Below are positions 26,314-36,103 of a stretch of 64,000 nucleotides of DNA, piece by piece; positions within the stretch are counted from its first letter, which is position 1; every line of letters starts with the position of its first letter. The position numbers were made by a program, and so were the translations under genes. The stretch is taken from contig JAZRUG010000035.1 of NCBI GenBank assembly GCA_045652425.1, positions 1,853 through 65,852 on the forward strand. The letters are read 5' to 3'. The notes below the pieces were generated by a model. It ran no database searches and was not told where the DNA came from. It saw only the letters and a program-made list of their open reading frames with translations. The DNA comes from Eubacteriales bacterium. GTDB taxonomy: Bacteria > Bacillota > Clostridia > Oscillospirales > CAG-272.

Positions 26314-27180
26314 TTAATCACCTACTACCATAGTTCCGATACCCTCATCGGTCAAAATTTCAACGAGAATAGAATGTGGAACACGTCCGTCCAAAATAAC
26401 AACTTTCTTTACGCCTTCAATAATAGCTTCGATACAGCAGTCAACCTTAGGAATCATACCGCCCGAAATAACCCCTTCTTCATAAAGCTTTTTCGCTTCA
26501 CTTACAGTTACCTTTGTTATAAGTGTTGAAGGATCGTTAACGTCGCGTAAGAGACCGAGAATGTCTGTCGTCATTATAAGGTTTTCAGCCTGCAACGCAC
26601 CTGCGATATACGCTGCTGCGGTATCTCCGTTAATGTTATAGCTGTTGCCCTGGTTGTCGCAGCCTATTGTAGAAACAACGGGAATATAACCGAGATTCAA
26701 GAGGTCCATAATGGGTTCAACATTTACCTTTGTAATCTCGCCAACGTAACCGAGAGCTTCGTTCTTTATCTTCGCTTCGATGAGTCTGCCGTCCATACCC
26801 GAAATACCGATAGCCTTTGCCCCCAAAGTGCCGAGAAGGTTTACGAGGTTCTTGTTAACCTTACCTGCAAGTACCATCTGCGCAATATCCATAGTCTCTT
26901 TGTCTGTAACGCGTAGACCGTTTACGAATTCTGCCTTCTTACCCACCTTGTTCATCATTTCGCTGATTTCGGGGCCGCCGCCGTGAACGAGGACGATCTT
27001 TATACCGATTGTTGAGAGAAGCGCGATATCTTCCATAACCTGCTTCTTTAAATCGTCATTTATCATAGCGTTGCCGCCATATTTGATTACAACGATCTTT
27101 CCGTTATAGCGTTTTATGTAGGGAAGAGCTTGTGTAAGTATCGTGGCTCTGTCTAAATTTGTAATTTTGTTTTCCATCAT
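26314..27180 (-). CDS. argB: Acetylglutamate kinase
   Basis: 288-aa ORF with VVIKYGGNAM and VLVHGGGPEI. Confidence 0.96.
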   Translation of the reverse strand: MMENKITNLDRATILTQALPYIKRYNGKIVVIKYGGNAMINDDLKKQVMEDIALLSTIGIKIVLVHGGGPEISEMMNKVGKKAEFVNGLRVTDKETMDIAQMVLAGKVNKNLVNLLGTLGAKAIGISGMDGRLIEAKIKNEALGYVGEITKVNVEPIMDLLNLGYIPVVSTIGCDNQGNSYNINGDTAAAYIAGALQAENLIMTTDILGLLRDVNDPSTLITKVTVSEAKKLYEEGVISGGMIPKVDCCIEAIIEGVKKVVILDGRVPHSILVEILTDEGIGTMVVGD

Positions 27181-27200
27181 TCTTACCGCCTATATTTTTA

Positions 27201-28415
27201 TTAAGTACGATAGTCGCCGTTTATCTTTACGTAATCGTAAGTAAGGTCGCAACCCCAAGCTTGTGCTTTGCCTTCGCCGTCGTCTGCAGTAACGAGTATT
27301 TCAATCTCTTTTTCGAGGAGAATCTCTTTTGCTTTTTCTTCGGAGAATTCAACTCCCGCACCGTTCTTACAAACGTCGAGTGTGCCTTTGGTTGAACGGA
27401 ATGAAACATCAATCTTGTTTATATCAACGTCAGCTCCGCTATAACCGATAGCGCAGAGAACACGTCCCCAGTTTGCGTCTGCACCGAACATTGCCGCTTT
27501 GAAGAGGCTTGAGCAGATAACACTCTTTGCAATAATCTTTGCATTCTTCTCATCTTTTGCGCCGCATACTGAACATTCGAGAAGTTTTGTAGCTCCTTCG
27601 CCGTCACCTGCAATCATTCGGCTGAGATATACGTTTACTGTGTTGAGAGCTTTCATAAACGTATCAAAATCTTCGCCTTCGGTTGTTATTTCTTTGTTTC
27701 CTGCCATACCGTTTGCAAGGACTGTTACCATATCGTTTGTGGAAGTGTCGCCGTCAACACTAACCATATTAAACGTATTCTTTATATCTGTAGAAAGTGC
27801 CTTTTGGAGCATTTCTGCAGATATTGCCGTATCTGTAGTAATAAATACGAGCATAGTCGCCATATTAGGATGAATCATACCGCTACCCTTTGCGATACCG
27901 CCCATACGGCAAACCTTGCCGTTTATTTCAAACTCAACTGCAATCTCTTTCTTTACAGTGTCGGTCGTCATAATACCCTCAGCCGCATCGTCGCCGCCGT
28001 TTTCGGAAAGAGCTTCAACGAGGGGCTTTACACCTGCTTCGATTGGTTCAAGGGGGAGTGGTTGACCGATAACGCCGGTAGAAGCAACTACAATGTCGCT
28101 TGCCTTAACGTTAAGTTCCTTTGCAAGAAGCTCACACATCTTTTCTGCAACTTCTATACCGTTTGCGTTGCAGGTGTTTGCGTTACCGCTGTTGCAAATA
28201 ACAGCCTGTGCTTTGCCGTCTGCTATATGATTCTTCGTAACCGTTAAGGGCGCACCTTTAACGAGATTTGTAGTATATGTTGCTGCCGCATTTGCAACGG
28301 TTTCGCTATAAATAAGCGCTAAATCTTTTTTAGTGCGGTTCTTGCGAATTCCGCAATGAACACCGCTTGCTTTAAATCCTTTTGCTGCACATACGCCGCC
28401 ACTGATCGTCTTCAT
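27201..28415 (-). CDS. argJ: Bifunctional ornithine acetyltransferase / N-acetylglutamate synthase
   Basis: 404-aa ORF with the autoprocessing site region PNMATMLVFITTD. Confidence 0.96.
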   Translation of the reverse strand: MKTISGGVCAAKGFKASGVHCGIRKNRTKKDLALIYSETVANAAATYTTNLVKGAPLTVTKNHIADGKAQAVICNSGNANTCNANGIEVAEKMCELLAKELNVKASDIVVASTGVIGQPLPLEPIEAGVKPLVEALSENGGDDAAEGIMTTDTVKKEIAVEFEINGKVCRMGGIAKGSGMIHPNMATMLVFITTDTAISAEMLQKALSTDIKNTFNMVSVDGDTSTNDMVTVLANGMAGNKEITTEGEDFDTFMKALNTVNVYLSRMIAGDGEGATKLLECSVCGAKDEKNAKIIAKSVICSSLFKAAMFGADANWGRVLCAIGYSGADVDINKIDVSFRSTKGTLDVCKNGAGVEFSEEKAKEILLEKEIEILVTADDGEGKAQAWGCDLTYDYVKINGDYRT

Positions 28416-28418
28416 GAT

Positions 28419-29354
28419 TTATTTAATCTCCTTTGAAAGTTTAAGTCCTGTCGTTTCATCAATACCCATGAGGATATTCATATTCTGTATCGCGCTTCCC
28501 GATGCGCCTTTGCCGAGGTTATCAAATCTTGATACGAGAAGTATTCTTTCGTCGTTGCCCTTAACGCTTATCTGCATATCGTCGCAACCCTCAAGATATG
28601 TGGCTGACATAAAGCCGCCTTCCTCTTCTTCATCATAGTGAATAATAGATGTGTTATAAATGTGCTTGTAAATGTTTTTTATGTCGTTTATATTTCCGTT
28701 AAGGTCATCTGCAAACAGCGGTATCGTAACTTCCATTCCGCTGTAAAAGTCGCCAACGATGGGGCAGAAAGCGGGGGCGTTATCGAGTCCGCATATAGCA
28801 ACCATTTCTTTGAGGTGTTTATGTTGTTGTGTCAACGCATATTGACGGGGACCTTTAAGAAGAGGGGAGCGTTCTGCTGATTCATAGTCGGCAATCATCT
28901 TCTTGCCACCGCCGGAATAACCGGTAAGTGAAAATGCAGAAAGCTTTGCATCACTATTAATTATACCTGCATTAACGAGGGGCTGAACCAATGCAACAAA
29001 GCCGCTTGCGTGGCATCCGGGATTTGCAACTCTTTTTGATTTTGCAATTCTCTCTCTGAAGTTTCCTATTTCGGGGAAACCATAGTCCCAACCGTCATTC
29101 GTTCTGTGTGCCGTTGACGTATCAATAATCGCGGTGTTGGGGTTGTCGATAAGTGTTATCGCCTCTCTTGCCGCATCGTCGGGCAAACAGAGAAATGCGA
29201 TATCGCAACTGTTTAATGCTTCTTTTCTGTATTTATTGTCTTTTCTTTTGTCGTCATCAAGTATAATAAGTTCTATATCTTTTCTAGTGGAAAGTCTGTC
29301 GTAAATACGGAGTCCCGTTGTACCCGCGCTCCCGTCTATAAATACCTTCTTCAT
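28419..29354 (-). CDS. argC: N-acetyl-gamma-glutamyl-phosphate reductase (short form)
   Basis: 311-aa ORF with the active-site region VANPGCHASGF. Confidence 0.95.
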   Translation of the reverse strand: MKKVFIDGSAGTTGLRIYDRLSTRKDIELIILDDDKRKDNKYRKEALNSCDIAFLCLPDDAAREAITLIDNPNTAIIDTSTAHRTNDGWDYGFPEIGNFRERIAKSKRVANPGCHASGFVALVQPLVNAGIINSDAKLSAFSLTGYSGGGKKMIADYESAERSPLLKGPRQYALTQQHKHLKEMVAICGLDNAPAFCPIVGDFYSGMEVTIPLFADDLNGNINDIKNIYKHIYNTSIIHYDEEEEGGFMSATYLEGCDDMQISVKGNDERILLVSRFDNLGKGASGSAIQNMNILMGIDETTGLKLSKEIK

Positions 29355-30727
29355 TTCTTCAGCACTTCCTTTACGTATTTTATCTGCGCTTCAACCGAGC
29401 CTACGGATGTTCCGCCTTCGCTGATTCTCTTTTCTACGCAGGTTTTAAGGTCGATTTCTGTATATAGATCTTCTTCAAATATTTCGCTGTGTTTTTTGTA
29501 TTCTTCAATAGGATACGTTTCAAGCACAAGCTCTTTCTTTATGCAATCGGCTACAATGCTTCCTGAAATCTTGTATGCCTGTCTGAAAGGCATACCTTTT
29601 TTTACGAGATAGTCTGCAAGGTCGGTAGCGTTTATAAAGCCTTTTTGCGCCGCCTTCAACATATTGTCGGGCAATGCTTTCATCGTTTCTATCATGCCTT
29701 TGGTTATGTCAAGGCACATGATTACAGTCTCAACCGAGTCGAATACACATTCTTTATCTTCCTGCATATCTTTGTTGTATGCAAGGGGAAGTCCTTTGAG
29801 GGAGGTGAGAAGTGTCATCAAATCGCCGTAAACTCTGCCCGTCTTTCCTCTTACAAGCTCTGCCATATCGGGATTCTTCTTCTGGGGCATTATTGATGAG
29901 CCGGTTGTATAGGAGTCGGATAATTCAACAAACTTGAATTCCCAACTCGACCAGAGTATCAGCTCTTCAGAAAAGCGTGATAAGTGCATCATCATTAAAG
30001 CAATATCACTCATTAATTCCACGCTGAAATCTCTGTCGGATACACCGTCAAGACTGTTTAACGTTATGCCGTCGAAACCGAGAAGTTCAGCTTCGTATCT
30101 TCTGTCTGTGTTGTAGGTTGTACCTGCAAGTGCGCAACAACCTATGGGAGATACATTCATTCTCTTTCTGCAATCGGTCAATCTGTCTACGTCGCGTAAA
30201 AGCATCATAGCGTATGACATAAGATGATGACCGAATGTAATGGGCTGCGCTCTTTGCAGATGTGTGTAGCCCGGCATAATAGCGCTTTTGTATTCTTCTG
30301 CTTTATTCGTAAAGGCTTCAATAAGATTATTAGTTTTTTCTATTATCGTATCAGTTTGCGCCCGGAGATACATACGTATATCAAGAGCAACTTGGTCGTT
30401 TCTGCTTCTTGCTGTGTGAAGTTTCTTGCCTACATCCCCTATTCTTTCGGTGAGTACTTGCTCAACGAACATGTGTATATCTTCACAGTCGGGATCAAAG
30501 TCAAGATTACCGTTATCTATATCGGATAAAATACCTTCAAGTCCTGCAACAAGCGCATCTTTGTCGCTTTCTTCAATTATTCCGCACTTGGAAAGCATCT
30601 TTGCGTGTGCTATACTGCCTGTAATATCCTCGCGGTACATCTTGCAGTCAAATCTTATTGATGAGTTGAAGTCGTCAGCCAGCTTTTCTGTTATGCCGCC
30701 TGTTCTTCCTGCCCACATTTTTGCCAT
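29351..30727 (-). CDS. argH: Argininosuccinate lyase
   Basis: 458-aa ORF with the fumarate-lyase signature GSSIMPQKKNPD. It overlaps the argC start by 4 nt. Confidence 0.97.
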   Translation of the reverse strand: MAKMWAGRTGGITEKLADDFNSSIRFDCKMYREDITGSIAHAKMLSKCGIIEESDKDALVAGLEGILSDIDNGNLDFDPDCEDIHMFVEQVLTERIGDVGKKLHTARSRNDQVALDIRMYLRAQTDTIIEKTNNLIEAFTNKAEEYKSAIMPGYTHLQRAQPITFGHHLMSYAMMLLRDVDRLTDCRKRMNVSPIGCCALAGTTYNTDRRYEAELLGFDGITLNSLDGVSDRDFSVELMSDIALMMMHLSRFSEELILWSSWEFKFVELSDSYTTGSSIMPQKKNPDMAELVRGKTGRVYGDLMTLLTSLKGLPLAYNKDMQEDKECVFDSVETVIMCLDITKGMIETMKALPDNMLKAAQKGFINATDLADYLVKKGMPFRQAYKISGSIVADCIKKELVLETYPIEEYKKHSEIFEEDLYTEIDLKTCVEKRISEGGTSVGSVEAQIKYVKEVLKK

Positions 30728-30776
30728 AGAGAATTGTTCACTCCTTGTAAAATTTCCTTGTAATTTAAAAGGCTAT

Positions 30777-30805
30777 AAGGGACTGCTTGTTTTCGACAGC
30801 CCCTT
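30777..30805 (-). terminator. Imperfect hairpin between argG and argH (possible partial terminator or processing site)
   Basis: AAGGGACTGC / GCAGCCCCTT-type stem with one mismatch and only a weak U-tail on the minus strand. Confidence 0.4.
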
Positions 30806-30827
30806 ATTAATTATTTTGTCCTAATTA

Positions 30828-32054
30828 TTATTTCTCGTTGTTCTTCTTGTTAACAAGTGCCTGAATTGTAACGGGAAGACCGTAAAGGTTGATAAATCCG
30901 TCTGCATCCTTCTGGTTGTAGTCGCTTTCACCAAAGGTTGCGATTTCTTCGCTGTACAATGTGTAAGGAGACCAAACACCTGCGTTTATCATATTGCCCT
31001 TGTAGAGCTTGAGTTTTACTTTACCTGTAACCTTTTCCTGTGTCTTGTCAACGAATGCGCTCATAGCTTCGCGGAGAGGTGTGAACCACTGACCGTTGTA
31101 AACGAGCTCTGCAAATGTAATTGACATTCTCTGCTTTTCGTGAAGTGTCATCTTGTCAAGGCAGATGCTTTCGAGTACGCTGTGTGCCTTGTAAAGAATT
31201 GTACCACCGGGAGTTTCATATACGCCACGGCACTTCATACCTACGAGACGGTTTTCTACAATGTCAATAATACCGATACCGTTTGCACCGCCGATTTCAT
31301 TGAGTTTTAAAATGATATTCTTTGCAGACATCTTTTCACCGTCAAGAGCTACCGGAACACCCTGTTCAAAATCAAGTGTAACGTACGTGGGGGCATCGGG
31401 AGCATTGATGGGGGATACGCTCATTTCAAGGAAGCCGGGCTTTTCATATTGAGGTTCGTTGCCTGTATCTTCAAGATCCATACCTTCGTGTGAAAGGTGC
31501 CAGAGGTTCTTGTCCTTGGAATAGTTTGTTTCTCTGTTTATCTTAAGAGGAATGTTGTGGGCTTCTGCGTAATCAATTTCTTCTTCACGAGATTTGATGT
31601 CCCATTCTCTCCAAGGAGCGATAATAGCTAAATCGGGTGCAAAATGCTTGATCGCAAGTTCGAAACGAACCTGGTCGTTACCTTTGCCTGTGCAACCGTG
31701 GCAAACAGCGTCTGCACCTTCTTTGAGTGCAATTTCTACAAGACCTTTTGCTATGCAGGGACGTGCATGGCTTGTACCGAGGAGATATTCTTCGTAAACA
31801 GCGCCTGCCTTAACGCAGGGGATTATATAATCGTCAACATATTCATCTGTGAGGTCAAGAACATAGAGTTTTGATGCGCCTGTCTTGAGAGCTTTCTCTT
31901 CAAGACCTTCAAGCTCGTCAGCCTGACCAACGTTACCGGAAACTGCGATAACTTCACAGTTGTTGTAGTTTTCTTTCAACCACGGAATAATAATTGATGT
32001 ATCAAGGCCTCCGGAATATGCAAGAACGACTTTTTTAATGTTTTCTTTATTCAT
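30828..32054 (-). CDS. argG: Argininosuccinate synthase
   Basis: 408-aa ORF with the [11 protein letters not shown]-loop. Confidence 0.97.
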   Translation of the reverse strand: MNKENIKKVVLAYSGGLDTSIIIPWLKENYNNCEVIAVSGNVGQADELEGLEEKALKTGASKLYVLDLTDEYVDDYIIPCVKAGAVYEEYLLGTSHARPCIAKGLVEIALKEGADAVCHGCTGKGNDQVRFELAIKHFAPDLAIIAPWREWDIKSREEEIDYAEAHNIPLKINRETNYSKDKNLWHLSHEGMDLEDTGNEPQYEKPGFLEMSVSPINAPDAPTYVTLDFEQGVPVALDGEKMSAKNIILKLNEIGGANGIGIIDIVENRLVGMKCRGVYETPGGTILYKAHSVLESICLDKMTLHEKQRMSITFAELVYNGQWFTPLREAMSAFVDKTQEKVTGKVKLKLYKGNMINAGVWSPYTLYSEEIATFGESDYNQKDADGFINLYGLPVTIQALVNKKNNEK

Positions 32055-32077
32055 AATATATAACTCCTTTTATGTGG

Positions 32078-32143
32078 TGAATAAATATTCACGCGTTTTC
32101 TTGAATATGCATACATTATACGCACATTATGCAATTTTGTCAA
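32078..32143 (-). promoter_or_regulatory. arg operon promoter overlapped by ARG-box (ArgR/AhrC) palindromes
   Basis: Minus strand: TTGACA (32143-32138), a 17-nt spacer, then TATAAT (32120-32115). There is a perfect palindrome TGAATAAATATTCA at 32078-32091, TGAATATGCATACA at 32102-32115, and a weaker TACGCACATTATGCA at 32120-32134. Confidence 0.7.
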
Positions 32144-32430
32144 GGGTTAAAACAGCATATTTTTTGATTTCATAATTTGTTTACAATTACATCGATTTGA
32201 AGTCGTTTTTTGACTAAAAAAAATGGTTTGCCAAGCCTGTTTTTGTGCATTTTTGCATCTGTGGCGGATGTTGGCGTTATTATTAATAAAAAAACACGGG
32301 AAAGAAAAAATGTATGAATGTGTATTTATGCATAAATGGTGTATATTTCATTTTGCGGAAAATAGAAAGCTAATGAAAAAATCATCATACGAACAATCGT
32401 ATATTTTTCTCAATTCAGCAAAAAGAAAAT

Positions 32431-32464
32431 GCCGATAAAAAACAATGGTTTGCTTTTTATCGGC
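32431..32464 (-). terminator. Hairpin downstream of the D-amino-acid aminotransferase gene
   Basis: GCCGATAAAAA / TTTTTATCGGC 11-bp stem with a 12-nt loop. Confidence 0.6.
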
Positions 32465-32492
32465 AAGTAAAATTTTTATAGGTGAATCGGTT

Positions 32493-33332
32493 TTATTTCA
32501 TATCGTGCTTTTCAAAATAGAGGTCTTGAAGTCTCTTTACAAGCTCGGGGTTCTTTCCGCCGACAGCTTTGCCGTCGATTTCACATGCCGCCAGAAGAAC
32601 GGAGGTTGTGCTTCCCATAAGTACTTCATCTGCATTAAACAATTCGTCAAGAGTGTATTCTCTTTCTTCGTAGGGAATACCGTATTCACGGCATATCTCG
32701 AGTACGTGCTTTCTTGTGATACTGGGAAGAATAAGATTGTCAAGAGGGTGAGTTATAACAACGCCGTCCTTTATAATAAAGTTAGCGGTATGAGAACCCT
32801 CTGTAACTATATTTCCTCTGTGGAAAATAGCTTCATCGCAGCCTGCCTGTTTTGCGGCTTCGCTTGCAAGGCAGTTGGGAATAAGGTTAATCGTCTTTAT
32901 ATTGCAGAAATAGAAACGGTTGTCTTCCTGTGTGAGAAGCTTAACTCTCCTCGTCTGATCGCCTATCTTCTTGGGGGTGATATATGCAAAGAGGGACGGT
33001 TTTTTACAATCGGGGAATATGTGGTTTCTCGGTGCCGTTCCTCTTGACATCTGCCAATAGAGAATAAAATCTTTCTCATCTTTGTCTGCCTTTTCTATAA
33101 GAGACATAAAGATTTCTTCCATTTCTTCTCTTGTTTTGTCTATTTCTATTTTAAGAAGTTTACAACTGTTGTAAAATCTGTCAAGGTGGTCATCGAGATC
33201 AACGGGCTTTCTGTTGTGTATAAAAGCAACGTCATATACGCCGTCTCCAAAATATACTGCTCTGTCAAGCGCTGATACCTTCAAATCTTCAAGCGCCGCA
33301 ATCTCACCGTTGTAATAACCGACATTCTTCAT
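32493..33332 (-). CDS. Class IV aminotransferase, D-amino-acid (D-alanine) aminotransferase-like
   Basis: MKNVGYYNGEIAALEDLKVSALDRAVYFGDGVYDV, typical of Dat-type enzymes. Start set at ATG 33332 behind AAAGGAG. Confidence 0.8.
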   Translation of the reverse strand: MKNVGYYNGEIAALEDLKVSALDRAVYFGDGVYDVAFIHNRKPVDLDDHLDRFYNSCKLLKIEIDKTREEMEEIFMSLIEKADKDEKDFILYWQMSRGTAPRNHIFPDCKKPSLFAYITPKKIGDQTRRVKLLTQEDNRFYFCNIKTINLIPNCLASEAAKQAGCDEAIFHRGNIVTEGSHTANFIIKDGVVITHPLDNLILPSITRKHVLEICREYGIPYEEREYTLDELFNADEVLMGSTTSVLLAACEIDGKAVGGKNPELVKRLQDLYFEKHDMK

Positions 33333-33443
33333 AGTATTTATCTCCTTTTTGAGTAGTAATGTGCATACCGCCGTATGCAAGTTAATTATATAGCTATTAG
33401 ATTAGTTTGTCAATTGAGTTTTGTTGATAACAGTCGTTAGTTT

Positions 33444-34994
33444 TTACGAAAAATATTTTCTGTCAAGGGAACGAAGCTGTATAGCTTCCGCTATATGCTT
33501 GACTTGAATCTTATCGCTGTTGTCGAGGTCGGCAATGGTTAAAGCAACGCGTAAAATTCTATCGTAGCCACGTGCTGACATTCCCATTTTTTCAAACGCC
33601 GCGCGTAATAAATTGTGCGCATCGCTGTCGAGTGCGCAATATTTTCTTATCTGGCTCGTTGTCATATCTGCGTTTGAATATATCGGCTTGCCTGCGTACG
33701 TTGTTTCGTTTTTGAAACGCTCAACGGCTCTCGCTCTTGCCGCGTCAACTCTTTCGCGTATCTTGTCGGAGCTTTCTGCGGGTTTGGTGTCCGATAATTC
33801 GTTATACGAAAGGGAAGATACCTCAAGCTGTATATCTATTCTGTCAATAAGCGGTCCGCTTATTTTGGATATGTATTTTCTTATATCTTCGGGTTTGCAA
33901 GTGCATTTTTTTGTCGGGTGTCCGTAATAGCCGCACTTACATGGGTTCATCGCGCATACGAGCATAAACGAAGAGGGGAAAGTAAAATGCCCTGCGGCTC
34001 TCGTAACCGTAATGCTGCCGTCTTCAAGGGGCTGACGCAATACTTCCGTTGCACTCTTGTTGAATTCGGGTAATTCATCGAGGAACAGTATGCCGTTATG
34101 CGCCAAGGATAGTTCGCCGGGCATGGGTATTCTGCCGCCGCCCGAAAGCGCTACCGACGACATAGTGTGGTGAGGTGAACGGAACGGTCTTTCGACGATG
34201 AGCGAGTCGGAGGGAAGTGTTCCCGCAATAGAGTGAATCTTTGTTGATTCAACAGCCTCATCAAAGGTTATTCTCGGTAAGATTGACGGAATACGCTTTG
34301 CAAGCATACTTTTTCCGGTTCCGGGGGGACCGATAAGTAAAACGTTATGGTTTCCGGCTGCCGCGATTTCAAGGGCTCTTTTTGCCTTTTCTTGTCCCTT
34401 AACGTCGGCAAAATCCATCTTTGTGTTTGCTCTTTGTCTTTCAAAAATATCCTTGTCAAATTCGACGGGGGATATTACTGTCTTGCCATTCAAATGCTCA
34501 ACAAGCTCTCTTATGTTGCGTACGGGATACGCTTTTATTCCCGATACGACAGAAGCTTCTTTTGCGTTGTCGTATGGAACGTATATTTCTTTTCTGCCTT
34601 TAGCTTTTGCGCACAATGCCATCGACAAAACGCCTCGAACACTTCTGAAGTTACCCGACATTGACATTTCGCCTATAAAGCATTTGTCAGAAAGGTCGGT
34701 GGATTTTTTAATCGTGCCGCTGCTGTGCAAAATAGCGGTAAGGAGTGCCATATCGAACGTAGAGCCTTCTTTTTTCATATCTGCGGGAGCAAGGTTTATA
34801 ACTATTGCCGAGTCGGGAAACATAAATCCGCTATTTTCCAAAGCTGCTTGAATTCGCTTTTCAGCCTCTTTTACTGCAGCATCGGGTAAACCTACTATTT
34901 CAAAGCAGGGAAGCTTATCCTGCATATTACATTCAACTGTTACTTCAAAGCCGTCAATGCCCATAACGCCTGACGAAAATACTGTTGATAGCAC
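33444..34994 (-). CDS. YifB/ComM family Mg-chelatase-like AAA+ ATPase
   Basis: 516-aa ORF with a Lon-like N-domain, Walker A GPPGTGKS, and a zinc-like CKCGYYGHPTKKCTC insertion. GTG start. Confidence 0.92.
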   Translation of the reverse strand: MLSTVFSSGVMGIDGFEVTVECNMQDKLPCFEIVGLPDAAVKEAEKRIQAALENSGFMFPDSAIVINLAPADMKKEGSTFDMALLTAILHSSGTIKKSTDLSDKCFIGEMSMSGNFRSVRGVLSMALCAKAKGRKEIYVPYDNAKEASVVSGIKAYPVRNIRELVEHLNGKTVISPVEFDKDIFERQRANTKMDFADVKGQEKAKRALEIAAAGNHNVLLIGPPGTGKSMLAKRIPSILPRITFDEAVESTKIHSIAGTLPSDSLIVERPFRSPHHTMSSVALSGGGRIPMPGELSLAHNGILFLDELPEFNKSATEVLRQPLEDGSITVTRAAGHFTFPSSFMLVCAMNPCKCGYYGHPTKKCTCKPEDIRKYISKISGPLIDRIDIQLEVSSLSYNELSDTKPAESSDKIRERVDAARARAVERFKNETTYAGKPIYSNADMTTSQIRKYCALDSDAHNLLRAAFEKMGMSARGYDRILRVALTIADLDNSDKIQVKHIAEAIQLRSLDRKYFS

Positions 34995-35126
34995 TCTAAA
35001 TCACCTCTAACATCGATATGATATATTAACCTACATTATATCACAGCACGCTGTTTTTTGCAACAGATTTTCAACTTTCTTGGAAATAAGAAAGAATGAA
35101 AATCCCAAATGATTTAAAAATCATTA

Positions 35127-35709
35127 CCTCTATGTATTTATAAGTACGTACAGACCAAGGAAGATTCCAAAGATTTCACCTCTGTGTATTGTACGTACAG
35201 TCAAGACAGGAAGATTCCAAAGAGGTCTCCTCTTTGGTCGTTTTGGGGGCATGGGGTTCAAAGGGGTGGGGGGATCGAAACCCCCAGCCCCTTTGTGCCT
35301 TCTTTGCAATACTTTCTTGGCATCAAGAAAGTATGAAAAAAAGAAAAATTAGAACTCTTTTAGAACAATATCTCTGTGATAATTGTAAGATTTATCTGAA
35401 CAAATGTAATTATAAAAAGATACATTCTTTCAGTCTTTTATTCGTTACTTTCTTTCCGTAAAGAAAGTAACCAAAGAAGACGCAAGGGGGGCAAGGGTTT
35501 CGATTCCCCCGCCCCCTTGACCCCCTACCCCCAAAACGGCCAAAGGTTTTCCACCTTTGGAATCTTCCTTGGTTTGTGCGTTCTTTTATTAAATACATAG
35601 AGATGTTGTTTTTTATGGGTATAGTATTTTTTTGAAAAATACTATCAAAGTTGTTGCTTCTTTGGACTCTTCCTTGGTTTGTGCAAACTTTTTTATAAAT
35701 ACAAAGAGG
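35127..35709. repeat. Head-to-head (inverted) pair of composite palindromic repeats plus flanking subrepeats
   Basis: Left arm 35127-35334 and right arm 35444-35602 are reverse complements of one another with matching module order. There are four copies of a ~45-nt subrepeat (35127-35172, 35179-35222, inverted 35555-35602 and 35660-35709). An AT-rich core spans 35335-35443. Confidence 0.85.
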
Positions 35710-35795
35710 TGTGGTTTTGGGAATTTTATTGTTCTAAATAGGATAGAGGGGAAGTTTTAAAAAATTATTTGTGGGGAGTTGTGCTTATTGACAAA

Positions 35796-35833
35796 TTTAA
35801 AAACCCTTTCAGGCTGTTGCCTAAAAGGGTTTT
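35796..35833 (-). terminator. Intrinsic terminator of rpsU
   Basis: AAAACCCTTT / AAAGGGTTTT stem. On the minus strand it is followed by TTTTTAAATTT. Confidence 0.7.
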
Positions 35834-35870
35834 AGATTGTTCAAAATAAAACGATCTTCTGTAATGTAAA

Positions 35871-36047
35871 TTACTTGAACTTGCGCTTACGTGCCGCTTC
35901 GGATTTCTTCTTGCGTTTTACGCTGGGCTTTTCATAATGCTCTCTCTTACGGAGTTCAGCAAGAACGCCGGACTTAGCACACTGTCTCTTAAATCTACGA
36001 AGAGCACTGTCAAGAGATTCATTTTCTTTGACTTTAATTTCTGCCAT
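35871..36047 (-). CDS. rpsU: 30S ribosomal protein S21
   Basis: Hand translation gives [58 protein letters not shown] (58 aa, below the ORF-track cutoff). GGAGGGAGGG RBS. Confidence 0.93.
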   Translation of the reverse strand: MAEIKVKENESLDSALRRFKRQCAKSGVLAELRKREHYEKPSVKRKKKSEAARKRKFK

Positions 36048-36103
36048 TTTGTTTTCCCTCCCTCCATACTATGGAAAAGAGAATGTTACCATTCTTAAAG
36101 ATT

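Noticed and set aside
32223-32438. 71-aa plus-strand ORF (and an internal 42-codon version starting at 32309)
   Set aside because: It sits in AT-rich sequence upstream of the arg promoter, has no convincing SD, and its product is Cys/Phe/Lys-rich with no motif. It is treated as non-coding.
35259-35295. tRNA T-arm-like hairpin GGGGG-ATCGAAA-CCCCC
   Set aside because: There are no acceptor, D or anticodon arms around it, and the loop deviates from TTCGAAT/TTCAAAT. It is one module of the repeat and not a tRNA gene or fragment that I can support.
35189-35598. Two convergent ORFs (90 aa plus strand, 62 aa minus strand) with similar G..RNP.P.C.FF segments
   Set aside because: The similarity is explained by the two arms being inverted copies of the same repeat. 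The starts are TTG or have no RBS, and the products are Gly/Arg/Trp low-complexity. Only the 42-codon core portion (35333-35461) is kept, as a low-confidence note in the findings.
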